Below are positions 8,535 through 20,329 of a stretch of 27,914 bases of DNA, piece after piece. Each line of letters begins with the position of its first letter. Within the stretch, counting starts at the first letter, position 1. The stretch lies in the NCBI RefSeq assembly GCF_006345805.1, contig NW_021834127.1:1-27914 (forward strand), given 5' to 3'. The position numbers and the translations under genes are program-made. The notes beneath the pieces are model-generated. The model had not been told where the DNA came from and did not search any database. It saw only the letters and a program-made list of their open reading frames with translations. The DNA is from Octopus sinensis (taxonomy: Eukaryota).

Positions 8535-8650
8535 GTTATATATATGTGTATGTATATGTATGTATGTATATATATTATATATATCTATATATGTATATAA
8601 TATATGTATATATTGTGTGTATATATATATGTATATATATATATATATAG
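8447..8650. repeat. (TA)n microsatellite
   Basis: Directly visible. Confidence 0.95.
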
Positions 8651-9102
8651 GCATGCATGCATACATACGTACAAATATTGTACAAAGTTTTAATTAAATC
8701 ATAACAAATCCATATGGCGAAGCGAAACAACCCCCGCAACAAAATACAAAGCTAGGAATAATCCTATAGATTAACAGATTATAGATTGTAGCTTAATTCC
8801 AGGTTCTCTAAGACGATCTTAGTTCTTGAACCAAATCAACTGTTAAGACGATTTCCTGACACTTTGAATATGTAACAATGTGCAGAGGTGAATAAATAAA
8901 CACACGTTGACGTAGGGTGTATATAGTAGAGATGTATAAATAATTTATGCAATTAACGAGAGGATAATTAGTGATGTCTGTAACACTTGGACATTGCTGG
9001 AACTAGAAAAGTAATTACATACAACATTGGAACAAGACTTCCATAATTAATAAACAACCACAGTGGAGTGTGAAGAATATATCAGTGATACTGTATAACT
9101 AT

Positions 9103-9222
9103 GGCAGCGAATTGGTCGACTCGGTAGAGCATCGGTCGAAAGGTGTTAGCGTATTGGGTTCAAATCCCATCCAGGTCAACTTGGCCTTTCACACCTTCTG
9201 GGGTCGATAAATAGAAGTAGAC
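9103..9222 (+). mobile_element. Divergent family A-related SINE
   Basis: GGCAGCGAATTGG...GGGTTCAAATCCC..AGGTCAACTTGGCCTTTCA..CTTCTGGGGTCGATAAATA. Confidence 0.7.
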
Positions 9223-9249
9223 TTGCCTACCGACGTTTCTTCTACCAAA

Positions 9250-9302
9250 GCCCCACTTGTGAGTGGATTTGGTTGACGAAACTGAAAGAAGCCCGTCGTA
9301 TA
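9250..9302 (+). mobile_element. SINE family B internal fragment
   Basis: CTTGTGAGTGGATTTGGTTGACGAAACTGAAAGAAGCCCGTCGTATA matches 1866-1905. Confidence 0.8.
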
Positions 9303-9315
9303 TATATATATAATA

Positions 9316-9371
<56 letters not shown>

Positions 9372-9510
9372 TGTGGTGTGTGTGTGTATGTGTATGTCTG
9401 TGTATATATATATATATCTATATACATTTGTTGGATTTAGCTGGGATTTGCATTCTACTTACATTGATTGTTAGAAATTAGCCATATCTTGTGTGTGTGT
9501 AAATATATGT

Positions 9511-9549
<39 letters not shown>

Positions 9550-9677
9550 AATAAATATATATATATATATAATATATATATAACCAGAAATCGCTCTGGC
9601 GAAAGTCGCATTAATTTATTTAGGTCGTTGTTCAATTTGCCTTATTTGATCAATAAACCAGTTGAGTAAACCAGAAA

Positions 9678-9727
9678 TGGCTCTGACGAAGGTGCCCATA
9701 ATGACTAGTGGAAACAACTGTCAGCCA
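9678..9727 (+). ncRNA. Hammerhead-like motif with intact core but no valid stem II
   Basis: UGGCU [CUGACGA] A-ggugcccauaaugacuagug [GAAA] C-AACU-G [UC] AGCCA. Stem I is 5 bp, stem III forms, and the triplet is GUC. Stem II does not close. Confidence 0.45.
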
Positions 9728-10028
9728 AATTGCTCTAACAAAAGAAAAATATGTAATGACCGTTATCTTTAACTTGTTTCTTATATATCACTCTGTGTAG
9801 AAACCAGTTTGACTGGAACCTAACCAGGGATTTACAATATAGAATCGTGATGAACCATAACCTCGGACCCCTCCATAAGAATACGTAGAGATCTTCACTA
9901 ACCTAAATAATATTGTTAGCCTGGTGTACCAACAGACAGCTTATGATGTATTTTGCCCAGATTGCTCTATTAGCTATATACACACGCGCGCGTACACACA
10001 CACGTACGTACACGCACCCACATATACA

Positions 10029-10259
10029 TATTTCTTTACTGCCCACAAGGGGCTAAACATACAGTGGACAAACAAGGACAGACATAGGTATTAAGTCGAT
10101 TGCATCGACCCCAGTGAGTAACTGGTACTTAATTTATCGACCCCGAAAGGATGAAAGGCAAAGTCGACCTCGGCGGAATTTGAACTCAGAACGTAGCGGT
10201 AGACGAAATAACGCTAAGCATTTCACCTGGCGTGCTAACGATTCTGCCAGTTCACCGCC
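10029..10259 (-). mobile_element. SINE family A, full length
   Basis: Highly similar to 5860-6091. Confidence 0.9.
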
Positions 10260-10317
10260 CTCTTCGGCGGAATTTGAACTCACATATACAGACACGCGTG
10301 TGTTTTTGTGTTTGTCT

Positions 10318-10390
10318 TCTGTCAGCGCTTGATAACCGGTGTTGGTGTGTTTATATCTGCATAGCCTAGAGGTTCAGCAAAAGAGACGGG
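10318..10390 (+). mobile_element. SINE family B 3' module fragment
   Basis: GCTTGATAACCGGTGTTGGTGTGTTTAT..GGTTCAGCAAAAGAGAC resembles 1990-2050. Confidence 0.6.
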
Positions 10391-10743
10391 GACGGTTTTA
10401 GCGGCTATTACGATAAACTACAGCTAAGAAAGTTGCTTTAGCCCTGACTAAGTTGACCTAGAGCTACGAGACCATTTTCGGTCTCAACTAAGTTAATCTA
10501 CTGCCACAAGAGTGAGTCGATTTAGCCACAATGGAGTAAATCGACAGCTCGGAGAACAGCTTCAGCTGCTGCTAAAATAATCCAGAGCTACGAGTGAGAA
10601 TTTGGTGGTTATAAATTGGAGAAAGTGCTGAAGAACCAACATGGCTGACTAATGAAATATAACATTTGGGTTGGTTCTTTGCCAAAACACACCAATTACT
10701 TTCAGTGTTTGAGAATTAATGTGCGAACGAGTGTGTGTTTGTA

Positions 10744-10784
<41 letters not shown>

Positions 10785-11417
10785 GGGGAGGGGCAGAGAA
10801 AGAAAGAAAAGTTGACTTTAAAAGTGCGATAACATCTATGTATTTGTGTGGCGGGGTATGTATAGATATGTATATGTATGCATATATGTGTGTGTGTGTG
10901 TACACACAGACACACACACACACATGTATATATATATATATATATATATAATATATGCAGGTGCGTACCTGTGAATTGTACATGCGTAGGCCTCTATGTC
11001 TGTGTGGATATGTATGCATGTCTGTAAATGTGTATGTGTGCTTGTATGCGCGTATTTATGCATACATGCTTATGTGTGTATCTACACATGTGTGGTGTGG
11101 TGTGTGTGTGTGTGTGTGTTGAGAAACTGATGGAACAGTTTTCCCATCTGACGTCCATTTTCGTCACAATAGACGAAGCCAGTCGGAGACTTACTAATAT
11201 TTCTTTTAATTTAGTTGCCGTTCTTGTTCAAAGTAAATCCACTCTCTTTAAAGCTGTCCAATTTTTCCTCACTTACTATGGTGTTGGTTGCTGAATTGTG
11301 TTATGGTTTTGATTAGAATCTTACCATTTTCGGAAACGGCTTTCAATTCATACTCTCCCGAAGCTCTTTCTCAGTCAGATAGTGAGATCGTGAAGTGAAA
11401 TTCTGCTTCGCTGCTAT

Positions 11418-11590
11418 CGATTTGGATCAAAGGTTCTCAACCATGTTTTGCTCGAGAACACCTGTGCTTCATATTCTATACCGATGGCCCTTCATAGCCA
11501 TTTGATGTTTAGAAAAACCCTATATTTTCGTAATTAAATATTATAAGGAATTGTATTAAAAAATTGTTAAAATATTTACTGTATTATAGA
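11418..11590 (+). mobile_element. hAT-like DNA transposon end fragment
   Basis: Begins CAAAGGTTCTCAACCA (hAT/Charlie-type CAGTGGTTCTCAAC terminus). Internal ATTAAATAT..AAGGAATTGTAT..AAA..TT.T.AAA.TATTT..GTATTAT is shared with 21558-21729 on the opposite strand. Confidence 0.55.
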
Positions 11591-12374
11591 AATATAACCA
11601 ATTCATTGCAGATAAATTTTGATAAAATTTTATATGAAAATAAGCTAGGACAGTTGTTGTGATAATACCTCTTGTGGAAGAAACACGCGTCTACGGCTGT
11701 CCTCTTATCTCCAGACAATAAGCCCATCCTTTTCCCTAAATGGCAAATCGGTTTTGCAAAATTCTTGATTCTTGGCATTATCTTCCCTTATCAATTGAAA
11801 TGTTCTCAATTGCCACACGCTAATTGTGACACGTCTTCTAGAGGCGGAGACCATTTTAATAAATCAAGACTTTATGTTGTACGGCATTTAATATACCTGT
11901 ATTTGACTATGTTATTTTTAAAACACGCCACTGGTCACTTTGGGTTATTATTTTCTTTACTCATTTGTTTTAAAATTATATATGAGTGTGTAAAGTTTAT
12001 TATAAAAATATCCGTAAGTGTAGCATATAAGGACTGAACTTGAACTCAAAATAAATTGTTGGAGCGGTTTTTAGTACGTACACGACTTTCAAACTTGTGT
12101 ACATTAGTTACCCTATCCGGAGAGTACAAATCCATATTATGCAATAGGTTTAAGAAATATTTTTTGAACACTTCTTACTTTATCCCATTTTCAGCTGTAG
12201 ATATTCGTTCGCCATTTTGTCGCAAATTTTAAAATTTTTAAATAACCAGAGAGAAAAGCTTTGTGAGAAAGTTCGCAAAAAACACGTCATCGAAGAATAT
12301 TTATACAATTACAGATAACAAATGGAAAATTGAGAAAAACTAATTATCTAGAAACATGACATTACAACAGCTAG

Positions 12375-12900
12375 TGTATACATACATACATACATACATA
12401 CATACATACATACATACATACTTACATACATACATACATACATACTACTTACATATTTACATACATACACACATACATATATACATGCTTACATACATAA
12501 AGACATACATACATACGTACGTACGATCGTGTGTGCGTGCGTGCGTACGTACATACGTACATTCGTACGCGCATGCGTACGTCGCACTTACGTCGTACGT
12601 ACATACATATATACATACATACAAATATACATGCACACATACGTACGTATGTACGCAACACATACATACGTACATACATACACACATATACATGCATGCA
12701 TACGTACGTGCGTGCGTGCCTGCGTGCCTGCGTACGTACGTACATACATACATATACATGCATACATAATACATGCATACATATACACATACATACATAC
12801 ATAATACATACATACATACATACATACATACATACATACATACGTACGTGCGTGCGTGCTTACCTACATACATACATATAGACATACATACATATACGCT
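12375..12900. repeat. (TACA)n/(TACG)n compound microsatellite
   Basis: Directly visible. It is the source of many YIHT/MYVC ORFs. Confidence 0.95.
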
Positions 12901-13324
12901 AATATCGAATAGTGAGAATGAGTGTTGAACACTAGAAAGTGAATATTCTTTATTTGGGAGTTAACAAAGTTACCAATGGTTTTATGTAATTAATAAGGAA
13001 TCCCTTAACAATTATCAAATCTGCAACATGGGAATATTGCTACTCGTCATGTCCGTATGTATATATGTATGTGTGTATGTATATATGTATGCTTTTATGG
13101 AACGATGAACCTTGAATAACATAAACTATAAATAATAGCATATAAATAACGAGTAAATAAACCTCTTTCGATAGAAGTGGTCGACAGACGCCTGTAGAAA
13201 AAGAACCTAGAGCTCCTGTAGATATGAGAGGCGTTGCTGAGCTTTTGACTTCTATCCACAGCGTTTTTAAGCCAATATTTACACGCTGCTATTTGTAGCT
13301 TTATTCGATATAAAATAATAGTGT

Positions 13325-13860
13325 GTAAGAGGGGGAGGGAAATAGGGAGGGAGAGAGAGAGAGAGGAGAAAGTGATGAAAAGGAGGGAGGGAGAGTGGAG
13401 AGAAAGAAGTGAAAGAGAGGGACGGAGAGAGTGACAGATGGTGAAGTAAATGGTGGAAAAAAAGTTGATGGGTAGGATAGAAAGACATAAATATATATAG
13501 AGAGAGGGGGAAACAAGGAGAGAAAGAGAGCGTTATGGTGAGTTGTTTGGAGGATGGTTAGTAAAAGAGAGGCAGAGAAGAGAAAGGGGGAGGCAGAGTG
13601 GCGGTATGAGAGAATTAAAGAAAAGAAAAAGAGAGACAAATATAGAGTAACTTCTTTCTTTTCTTTCACACTTTGTCCATCTTTCTCTCCTAAAAGAGAA
13701 CACTCGAGGAGAGAGATACGGAGAAGGTCGTGTAAAGGAGAGTGAAAAGAAGCAGGAAGAAAATCATGTCCGAAAGATTTATTAGAGAAATTAAATGAGA
13801 GAGAGGGGAGAAAAGGAGGAGAAAGGAAGAAAGAGAAAAAGAGTGAAGGTCAGAGAGCTG
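13325..13860. repeat. Purine-rich (GA/GGA) low-complexity tract
   Basis: Directly visible. Confidence 0.85.
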
Positions 13861-14562
13861 AGAGCTGAAGTGCAGAGTTGATGGTTACTGCCAATGTGAA
13901 AGAAAATGGACAACACAGGAACATGTGATATGATAAAGGGCGGCTACTGTGATTGGATTTTTTATTAAAATCATTATCACCAAAACGCAGCCTCGAGATT
14001 AATCCGGTGATTAGCATAATCTAATTATTAAGTCACGGGACCAGAGTTTATGAATATTGATTCGTGAGATTTTAAATTTTAGGGAGCATCTATTAGAAGT
14101 TATGGTATTTGGATCTTTTCTGAATGATATGGATTGTCTAAGGAAAGGGGAAAATGTGTATTGAGAGGGCATATAAACTGAAGAGGCAGCTCAAACAGAG
14201 CGGAGTTGATCTCGAATTCTCAACGCTTATTACTTTTCATTATAATAATTTCTATCTTTAGCTCAAGGAAGAGGGAACGACAACGATGAAATTACAGACT
14301 TTCAAGTATATGATTGCTATTTGTTTTATGAAACTTATGAATTACAGGGCTAAAAGGGGAAGTCGACACCAATGCCTTCTTAAGAGCGTAAAATAGTATA
14401 AACAAACCAAAAATGGCATTCCGGCTTAATATGAATTGGAAGGACCAAAAGATGAGTAGGAATGAAATTTTCTACAATCCCTACTCAGCATGTCCGCAAA
14501 CACCAATATTTATTCAGCTTCTAAGTGCAGACCACATTTAGACATATTTAAGATACTTCAAA

Positions 14563-14831
14563 GTGGAGGCACGTGGCTTGGTGGTTAGGGTGATGAATTC
14601 ATGATCGTAAGGTTGTGGTTTCGATTCCTGGATCGGGCGATGCGTTGTGTTCTTGATCAAAACACTTCATTTCACGTTGCTCCAGTCCACTCAGCTGGCA
14701 AAAATGAGTAATCCTGCGGCGGACCGGCATCCCGTCCAGGTGGGGGAATTTCTACGCCGCCACTGATACCGGGAAACCGGCCCTTATGAGCCTGGCATGA
14801 GGCGAGAAGGAACATTTATTTTTTTATTATT
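14563..14831 (+). mobile_element. tRNA-derived SINE, family C, with 16-bp target-site duplication
   Basis: tRNA-like head (GGCACGTGGCTTGGTGGTTAG..GGTTTCGATTCC), CCTGCGGCGGACCGGCATCCCGTCCAGG domain, and tail GGGAAACCGGCCCTTATGAGCC..GAGAAGGAAC. Flanked by TTTAAGATACTTCAAA at 14547-14562 and 14832-14847. Confidence 0.92.
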
Positions 14832-14919
14832 TTTAAGATACTTCAAATCCTAGTTTGTTTGATCCTCAAAATCTTTTGAAATTAGTGTTTCGTTTTTAAA
14901 TAAACTGGTCTCTGTATTT

Positions 14920-15025
14920 CAGCGGTATTTATTTTATCGACCCCATAAATAATAAATTGATTTGTCACTCATCGCTTGACTTGAACAGCGAATCTTGTCT
15001 AAGCATTTTGTCCGATGCATCGTTA
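14920..15025 (-). mobile_element. Highly degenerate SINE family A fragment
   Basis: TTTATCGACCCC and CTAAGCATTTTGTCCG motifs at family-like spacing. Confidence 0.5.
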
Positions 15026-16309
15026 TCTTACGGCTGATTATAACAAGAAACGACTGAAAGAGTTTGAAAGTAAAAAATTCCGCCAAACGAATTCAAGTTT
15101 ATTTCTATGAGTTTCTTCTGGTAGATCACGACAGAATAAAGGGACACTCAACCCTGATAGCATTTGAACACGAAACTACAAGGTGCACTTGTTTCTTCGA
15201 TGTTCTCTCCGTTCCAACAGGTGCTACATTATTGAGAGTGATTAATTTGACTACATTTTTGACTATATTTGACTATATATCATCATCATCTCAGTGCCAC
15301 GGGAGAAGAAAGAATGGAATATAATCCCTGCTTAGTGTCTTGTAATAATGAGTCGTTGATTAACCCCAAAAAGTGGGATGAAATTGTTCCCAGTGTAGGG
15401 AGAGCAAGGTGCAGGCATTTTGAGTTTGGTGAAAAAAGCTCCTTTCTCAATTACCTCGTTACGAGTTCGATCGCTCTAAGCCACAACTTGAGGAGCTGAT
15501 GTTTACAGGAGTCTTGGATGAGTGTTAATGTGTATGTGTGTGTGTGTGAGAGAGAGAGAGACAGAGACAGACAGACAGACAGAGTGTGTGTTTTTTTGTA
15601 TATAGATATATATATATATTATATGTATGTATGCATGTATGTATGTATGTATGTATGTACGTATGTATGTATGTATGTATGTATACGGTTATACAGAGAG
15701 AGAAAGAGTGAGTGATACATAGATACAAATGTGTGTATCTTTTGGTGGTTGAAGATATGCATTCCAGCGAGGAAAAACAAATAAACGGGTGCATTGGAAC
15801 AAAACTGGAATTATTCCCATCCGAGTTGCACAGATCCACCTCAGTCTCTCTCTTTCTCTCCTTCACCATCGATACTATTATCTCCCGTTGCCAAAATGTT
15901 CGACGGAAACAAATGAGTGAAACCCTACCAAGATTTGAACTGGAACACAATATCTTCAGCTACACTGCTGCAGTCATCTCTACTGGTCTCATAATAATTT
16001 CAGACATTGACTGCGAGCCACAAACGACTGACCGAGAGAGAGTAGACACCTGTATGAAGCAGTCTTGTTGTTGTTGTTGTTGGTAATCTTGTTATTAAAC
16101 CCACTCCTATCCAGACACAAACAGAAGTAGCTGTCACATTGGACAGTCGTGATAGAAAACACTAACATCGTGTTATAATTGAGAAACTACTTGTCTGACA
16201 ACTGTCTTTAATTAATATCTTCACGATTTTCTGATCTCTGATTTTTACACGCGGAGATTATCGTTGATAGCTTTACAATCGAAAGAAGCAGATAAAGAAA
16301 AAGGACGTA

Positions 16310-16547
16310 ATGATAATAATAATAATAATAATGATATGATAATAATAATAATAATAATAATAATGATGATAATAATAATAATAATATAATATAATAATAA
16401 TAATAATATAATAATAATAATAATAATATAATATAATAATAATAATATAATAATATAATAATAATAATAATAATAATAATATAATAATGATAATAATAAT
16501 GATAATAATAATAATAATATAATAATAATATAATAACAATAATAATA
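16310..16547. repeat. (AAT)n microsatellite (further tracts at 17620-17810 and 18887-19000)
   Basis: Directly visible. Confidence 0.95.
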
Positions 16548-16756
16548 ATTCTTTCTACTACAAGTCCACAAATTTGGGTAGAGAGAACTTGTCGATTACG
16601 TAGACCCCCAATGTTTCACTGGTACTAAATTTATCGACCCCGCAAGGATGAAAGGCAGTGTCGACCTTAGAGGAGTTCGAACGCAGGACGTAACTACGGA
16701 CGAAATGCCGCTAAGCATTTTCTCCGGTGTACTGACGATTCTGTCAGCTCACCACC
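16548..16756 (-). mobile_element. Family A-related SINE (duplicate at 17811-18021)
   Basis: CTGGTACT.AATTTATCGACCCCG.AAGGATGAAAGGCA..GTCGACC...CTAAGCATTT...GATTCTGTCAGCTCACCACC. Confidence 0.85.
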
Positions 16757-16863
16757 TTTCGCCGTCTTAATAATAATAATAATAATAAAATAATAATAAT
16801 AATAATAATAATAAATTCTTTTAATGACCACAAGGGCTAATATAAGGAGACATTAAAGGACAT

Positions 16864-17400
16864 GACAGGACGATACAAAAATGCAGTACCAGACAGTGGC
16901 TCTCATGGCTCCTGATCTTATCTGATTGGATGTGTTATCATGTACATTGTTTTGTCTTGGTATAAAAGATGGGCTACAGCAAATATTCTGCTCAATACCA
17001 CAAATTTGCTTGTCAGTTGTTTGACCTAAGCAGTTGAGCATATCCCTTGGTAGCTGACGATATGTGCATCTCTGATCACGAGCAGAAGTAGTGGGGGAGA
17101 TCATAGCCATACTTGAGGGGAATTCTTTGGAGTTTGGATAATTCACATCTGGAAACATGGGTGTCTCGTTCAACATTCTTAAACTTCCGTATTCAGGGAC
17201 CTTTTGAGCGGGATGGGTTACTCGGCTAGAAGAAAATTCTAACTGGGCCACCACCTGCAAGGTCATGCGCTGTTTATCTTGATACGAGATCACCATGTCG
17301 CGCGTATGGTATGTGATGCATGTGCCTGGTGTACCCTTATCAGACAAGTAGTCATGATGGGTACACTGGGCTTCGTATATTTTACCCCAGTATCACTTTG
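16864..17400 (+). mobile_element. Unclassified ~540-bp interspersed repeat (duplicate at ~18130-18669), probably a non-LTR 3' end finishing at CTGCTCTCTCACCCAAT(AAT)n
   Basis: Complex non-simple sequence that I recall as an abundant octopus repeat (recollection, not verified). Its putative 3' end at 17595-17620 is separated from it by a SINE. Confidence 0.45.
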
Positions 17401-17401
17401 C

Positions 17402-17594
17402 CTAGCGGTATTTCGTCTGCCGTTACGTTCTGAGTTCAAATTCCGCCGAGGTCGACTTTGCCTTTCATCCTTTCGGGGTCGATAAATTAAGTACTAGTTA
17501 CGCACTGGGGTCGATATAATTGACTTAATACCTATGTCTGTCCTTGTTTGTCCCCTCTATGTTTAGAGCCCCTTGTGGGTAATAAATAAATAGG
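17402..17594 (+). mobile_element. 5'-truncated SINE family A (duplicate at 18670-18861)
   Basis: TAGCGGTATTTCGTCTGCCGTTACGTTCTGAGTTCAAATTCCGCCGAGGTCGAC...GCCCCTTGTGGGTAATAAATAAATAGG. Confidence 0.92.
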
Positions 17595-17639
17595 TATGCA
17601 CTGCTCTCTCACCCAATCATAATAATAATAATAATAATA

Positions 17640-17719
<80 letters not shown>

Positions 17720-18885
17720 TAATAATGATAATAATAATAAGATAATAATAATAATAATAATAATAATATAATAATATAATAATATAATAATAATAATAAC
17801 AATAATAATAATTCTTTCTACTACAAGTCCACAAATTGGGTAGAGAGAACTTGTCGATTACGTAGACCCCCAATGTTTCACTGGTACTAAATTATCGACC
17901 CCGCAAGGATGAAGGCAGTGTCGACCTTAGAGGAGTTCGAACGCAGGACGTAACTACGGACGAAATGCCGCTAAGCATTTTCTTTTCTCCGGTGTACTGA
18001 CGATTCTGTCAGCTCACCACCTTTCGCCGTCTTAATAATATAATAATATAATAATAAATAATAATAATAAATAATAATAAATTCTTTTAATGACCACAAG
18101 GGCTAATATAAGGAGACATAAAGGACATGACAGGACGATACAAAAATGCAGTACCAGACAGTGGCTCTCATGGCTCCTGATCTTATCTGATTGGATGTGT
18201 TATCATGTACATTGTTTTGTCTTGGTATAAAAGATGGGCTACAGCAAATATTCTGCTCAATACCACAAATTTGCTTGTCAGTTGTTTGACCTTAAGCAGT
18301 TGAGCATATCCCTTGGTAGCTGACGATATGTGCATCTCTGATCACGAGCAGAAGTAGTGGGGGAGATCATAGCCATACGTTGAGGGGAATTCTTTGGAGT
18401 TTGGATAATTCACATCTGGAAACATGGGTGTCTCGTTCAACATTCTTAAACATTCCGTATTCAGGGACCTTTTGAGCGGGATGGGTTACTCGGCTAGAAG
18501 AAAATTCTAACTGGGCCACCACCTGCAAGGTCATGCGCTGTTTATCTTGATACGAGATCACCATGTCGCGCGTATGGTATGTGATGCATGTGCCTGGTGT
18601 ACCCTTATCAGACAAGTAGTCATGATGGGTACACTGGGCTTCGTATATTTTTACCCCAGTATCACTTTGCCTAGCGGTATTTCGTCTGCCGTTACGTTCT
18701 GAGTTCAAATTCCGCCGAGGTCGACTTTGCCTTTCATCCTTTCGGGGTCGATAAATTAAGTACTAGTTACGCACTGGGGTCGATATAATTGACTTAATAC
18801 CTATGTCTGTCCTTGTTTGTCCCCTCTATGTTTAGCCCCTTGTGGGTAATAAATAAATAGGTATGCACTGCTCTCTCACCCAATC

Positions 18886-19002
<117 letters not shown>

Positions 19003-19343
19003 CTTTGAAATTCTCTTATATTTACGATAATTTTTCAATCGCATTCCTGTTAACGCCTTTCACTTGGTGAATGGCTATGAAATATTGGAGTGAGATATCA
19101 ACCATAGATGCATTCTTGCCACTTGAAAATACGACAGTTTGAAGATATTAACGAACAATCGTCTGGTACTTATTTACTTTTTTTTTTTTCCAGTTTTAAT
19201 TCTTTGTCTTATATTTCATCTCCGCTGTTATTGTCGAAAGAAAGACGATCTGGAAGCTGTGAGCATTTCTTCTTGGTTCTGGCGCAAACCTCGTGTGCGC
19301 ACGCGCATAAAAAATATATAGACGTTTATGCATATATGTGCGA

Positions 19344-19380
<37 letters not shown>

Positions 19381-19386
19381 TGTGTG

Positions 19387-19422
<36 letters not shown>

Positions 19423-19607
19423 TAGATAGATAGACAGATAGATAGATAGATTGATAAATAGATAGACAGACAGACAGGCAGGCAGGCAGACAGACAGACA
19501 GAAAAGCAGACAGACAGGCAAGCAGACAGACAGACAGACAGAAAAGCAGACAGACAGGCAAGCAGACAGATAGACATAGATAGATATATAGATAGATAAA
19601 TAGATAA

Positions 19608-19644
<37 letters not shown>

Positions 19645-19663
19645 CAGATAGATAGATAGATAT

Positions 19664-19728
<65 letters not shown>

Positions 19729-19737
19729 CAGATAGAC

Positions 19738-19823
<86 letters not shown>

Positions 19824-19831
19824 ATAAATAA

Positions 19832-19867
<36 letters not shown>

Positions 19868-19895
19868 ATAAATAGATAGATAGATAGATAGATAG
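19387..19895. repeat. (CAGA)n/(TAGA)n (GATA-type) microsatellite
   Basis: Directly visible. It generates the long spurious IYLS ORFs. Confidence 0.95.
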
Positions 19896-19978
19896 GTAGG
19901 AGAGACAGAGAGAGGAGAGAGAGAGAAGGAAAGAAAGACAGAGCTGTCTCCAAAAAATTTAATTTTCTCATAGAATAC

Positions 19979-20027
<49 letters not shown>

Positions 20028-20329
20028 CATGCACACACAGATATACGCATAACTACACATATATATTCACGTAAATTCACACACGTCCACACACAACGCT
20101 CCACACATACACTCATTATGACACACATACACAAAGACACACATATTTTTGTCATGATCTGCAGAAATATCCGCAAAAATCTACCAAAATTCGTCTTTTA
20201 TTTATTTATTCACTTTCATGTTTGTGTTTTTTTTTTCTTTTTTTCTTTTTCTTTTTCTTTTTCTTTTCGTTGCAGCGTCTCTCGAATCTATGGAATTTTA
20301 CTTGGTTCCTGGAGCTAAGAATGAGAACA

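Noticed and set aside
11028-12037. ORFs 11028-11294 (+), 11584-11778 (-) and 11672-12037 (+)
   Set aside because: No recognisable homology, starts lie in (TG)n or AT-rich sequence, and there are no consistent splice sites.
14178-14220. CTGAAGA...GAAT as a hammerhead
   Set aside because: GAAT instead of GAAA, stem II does not close, and there is no stem I.
15525-16086. Overlapping 124-aa (+) and 141-aa (-) ORFs
   Set aside because: Partly microsatellite-derived, no recognisable domain, no convincing splice signals, and open on both strands.
17054-17165. CTGACGA paired with downstream GAAACATGGGTGTC in the unclassified repeat
   Set aside because: About 90 nt apart with no closing stem II, and stem I does not pair.
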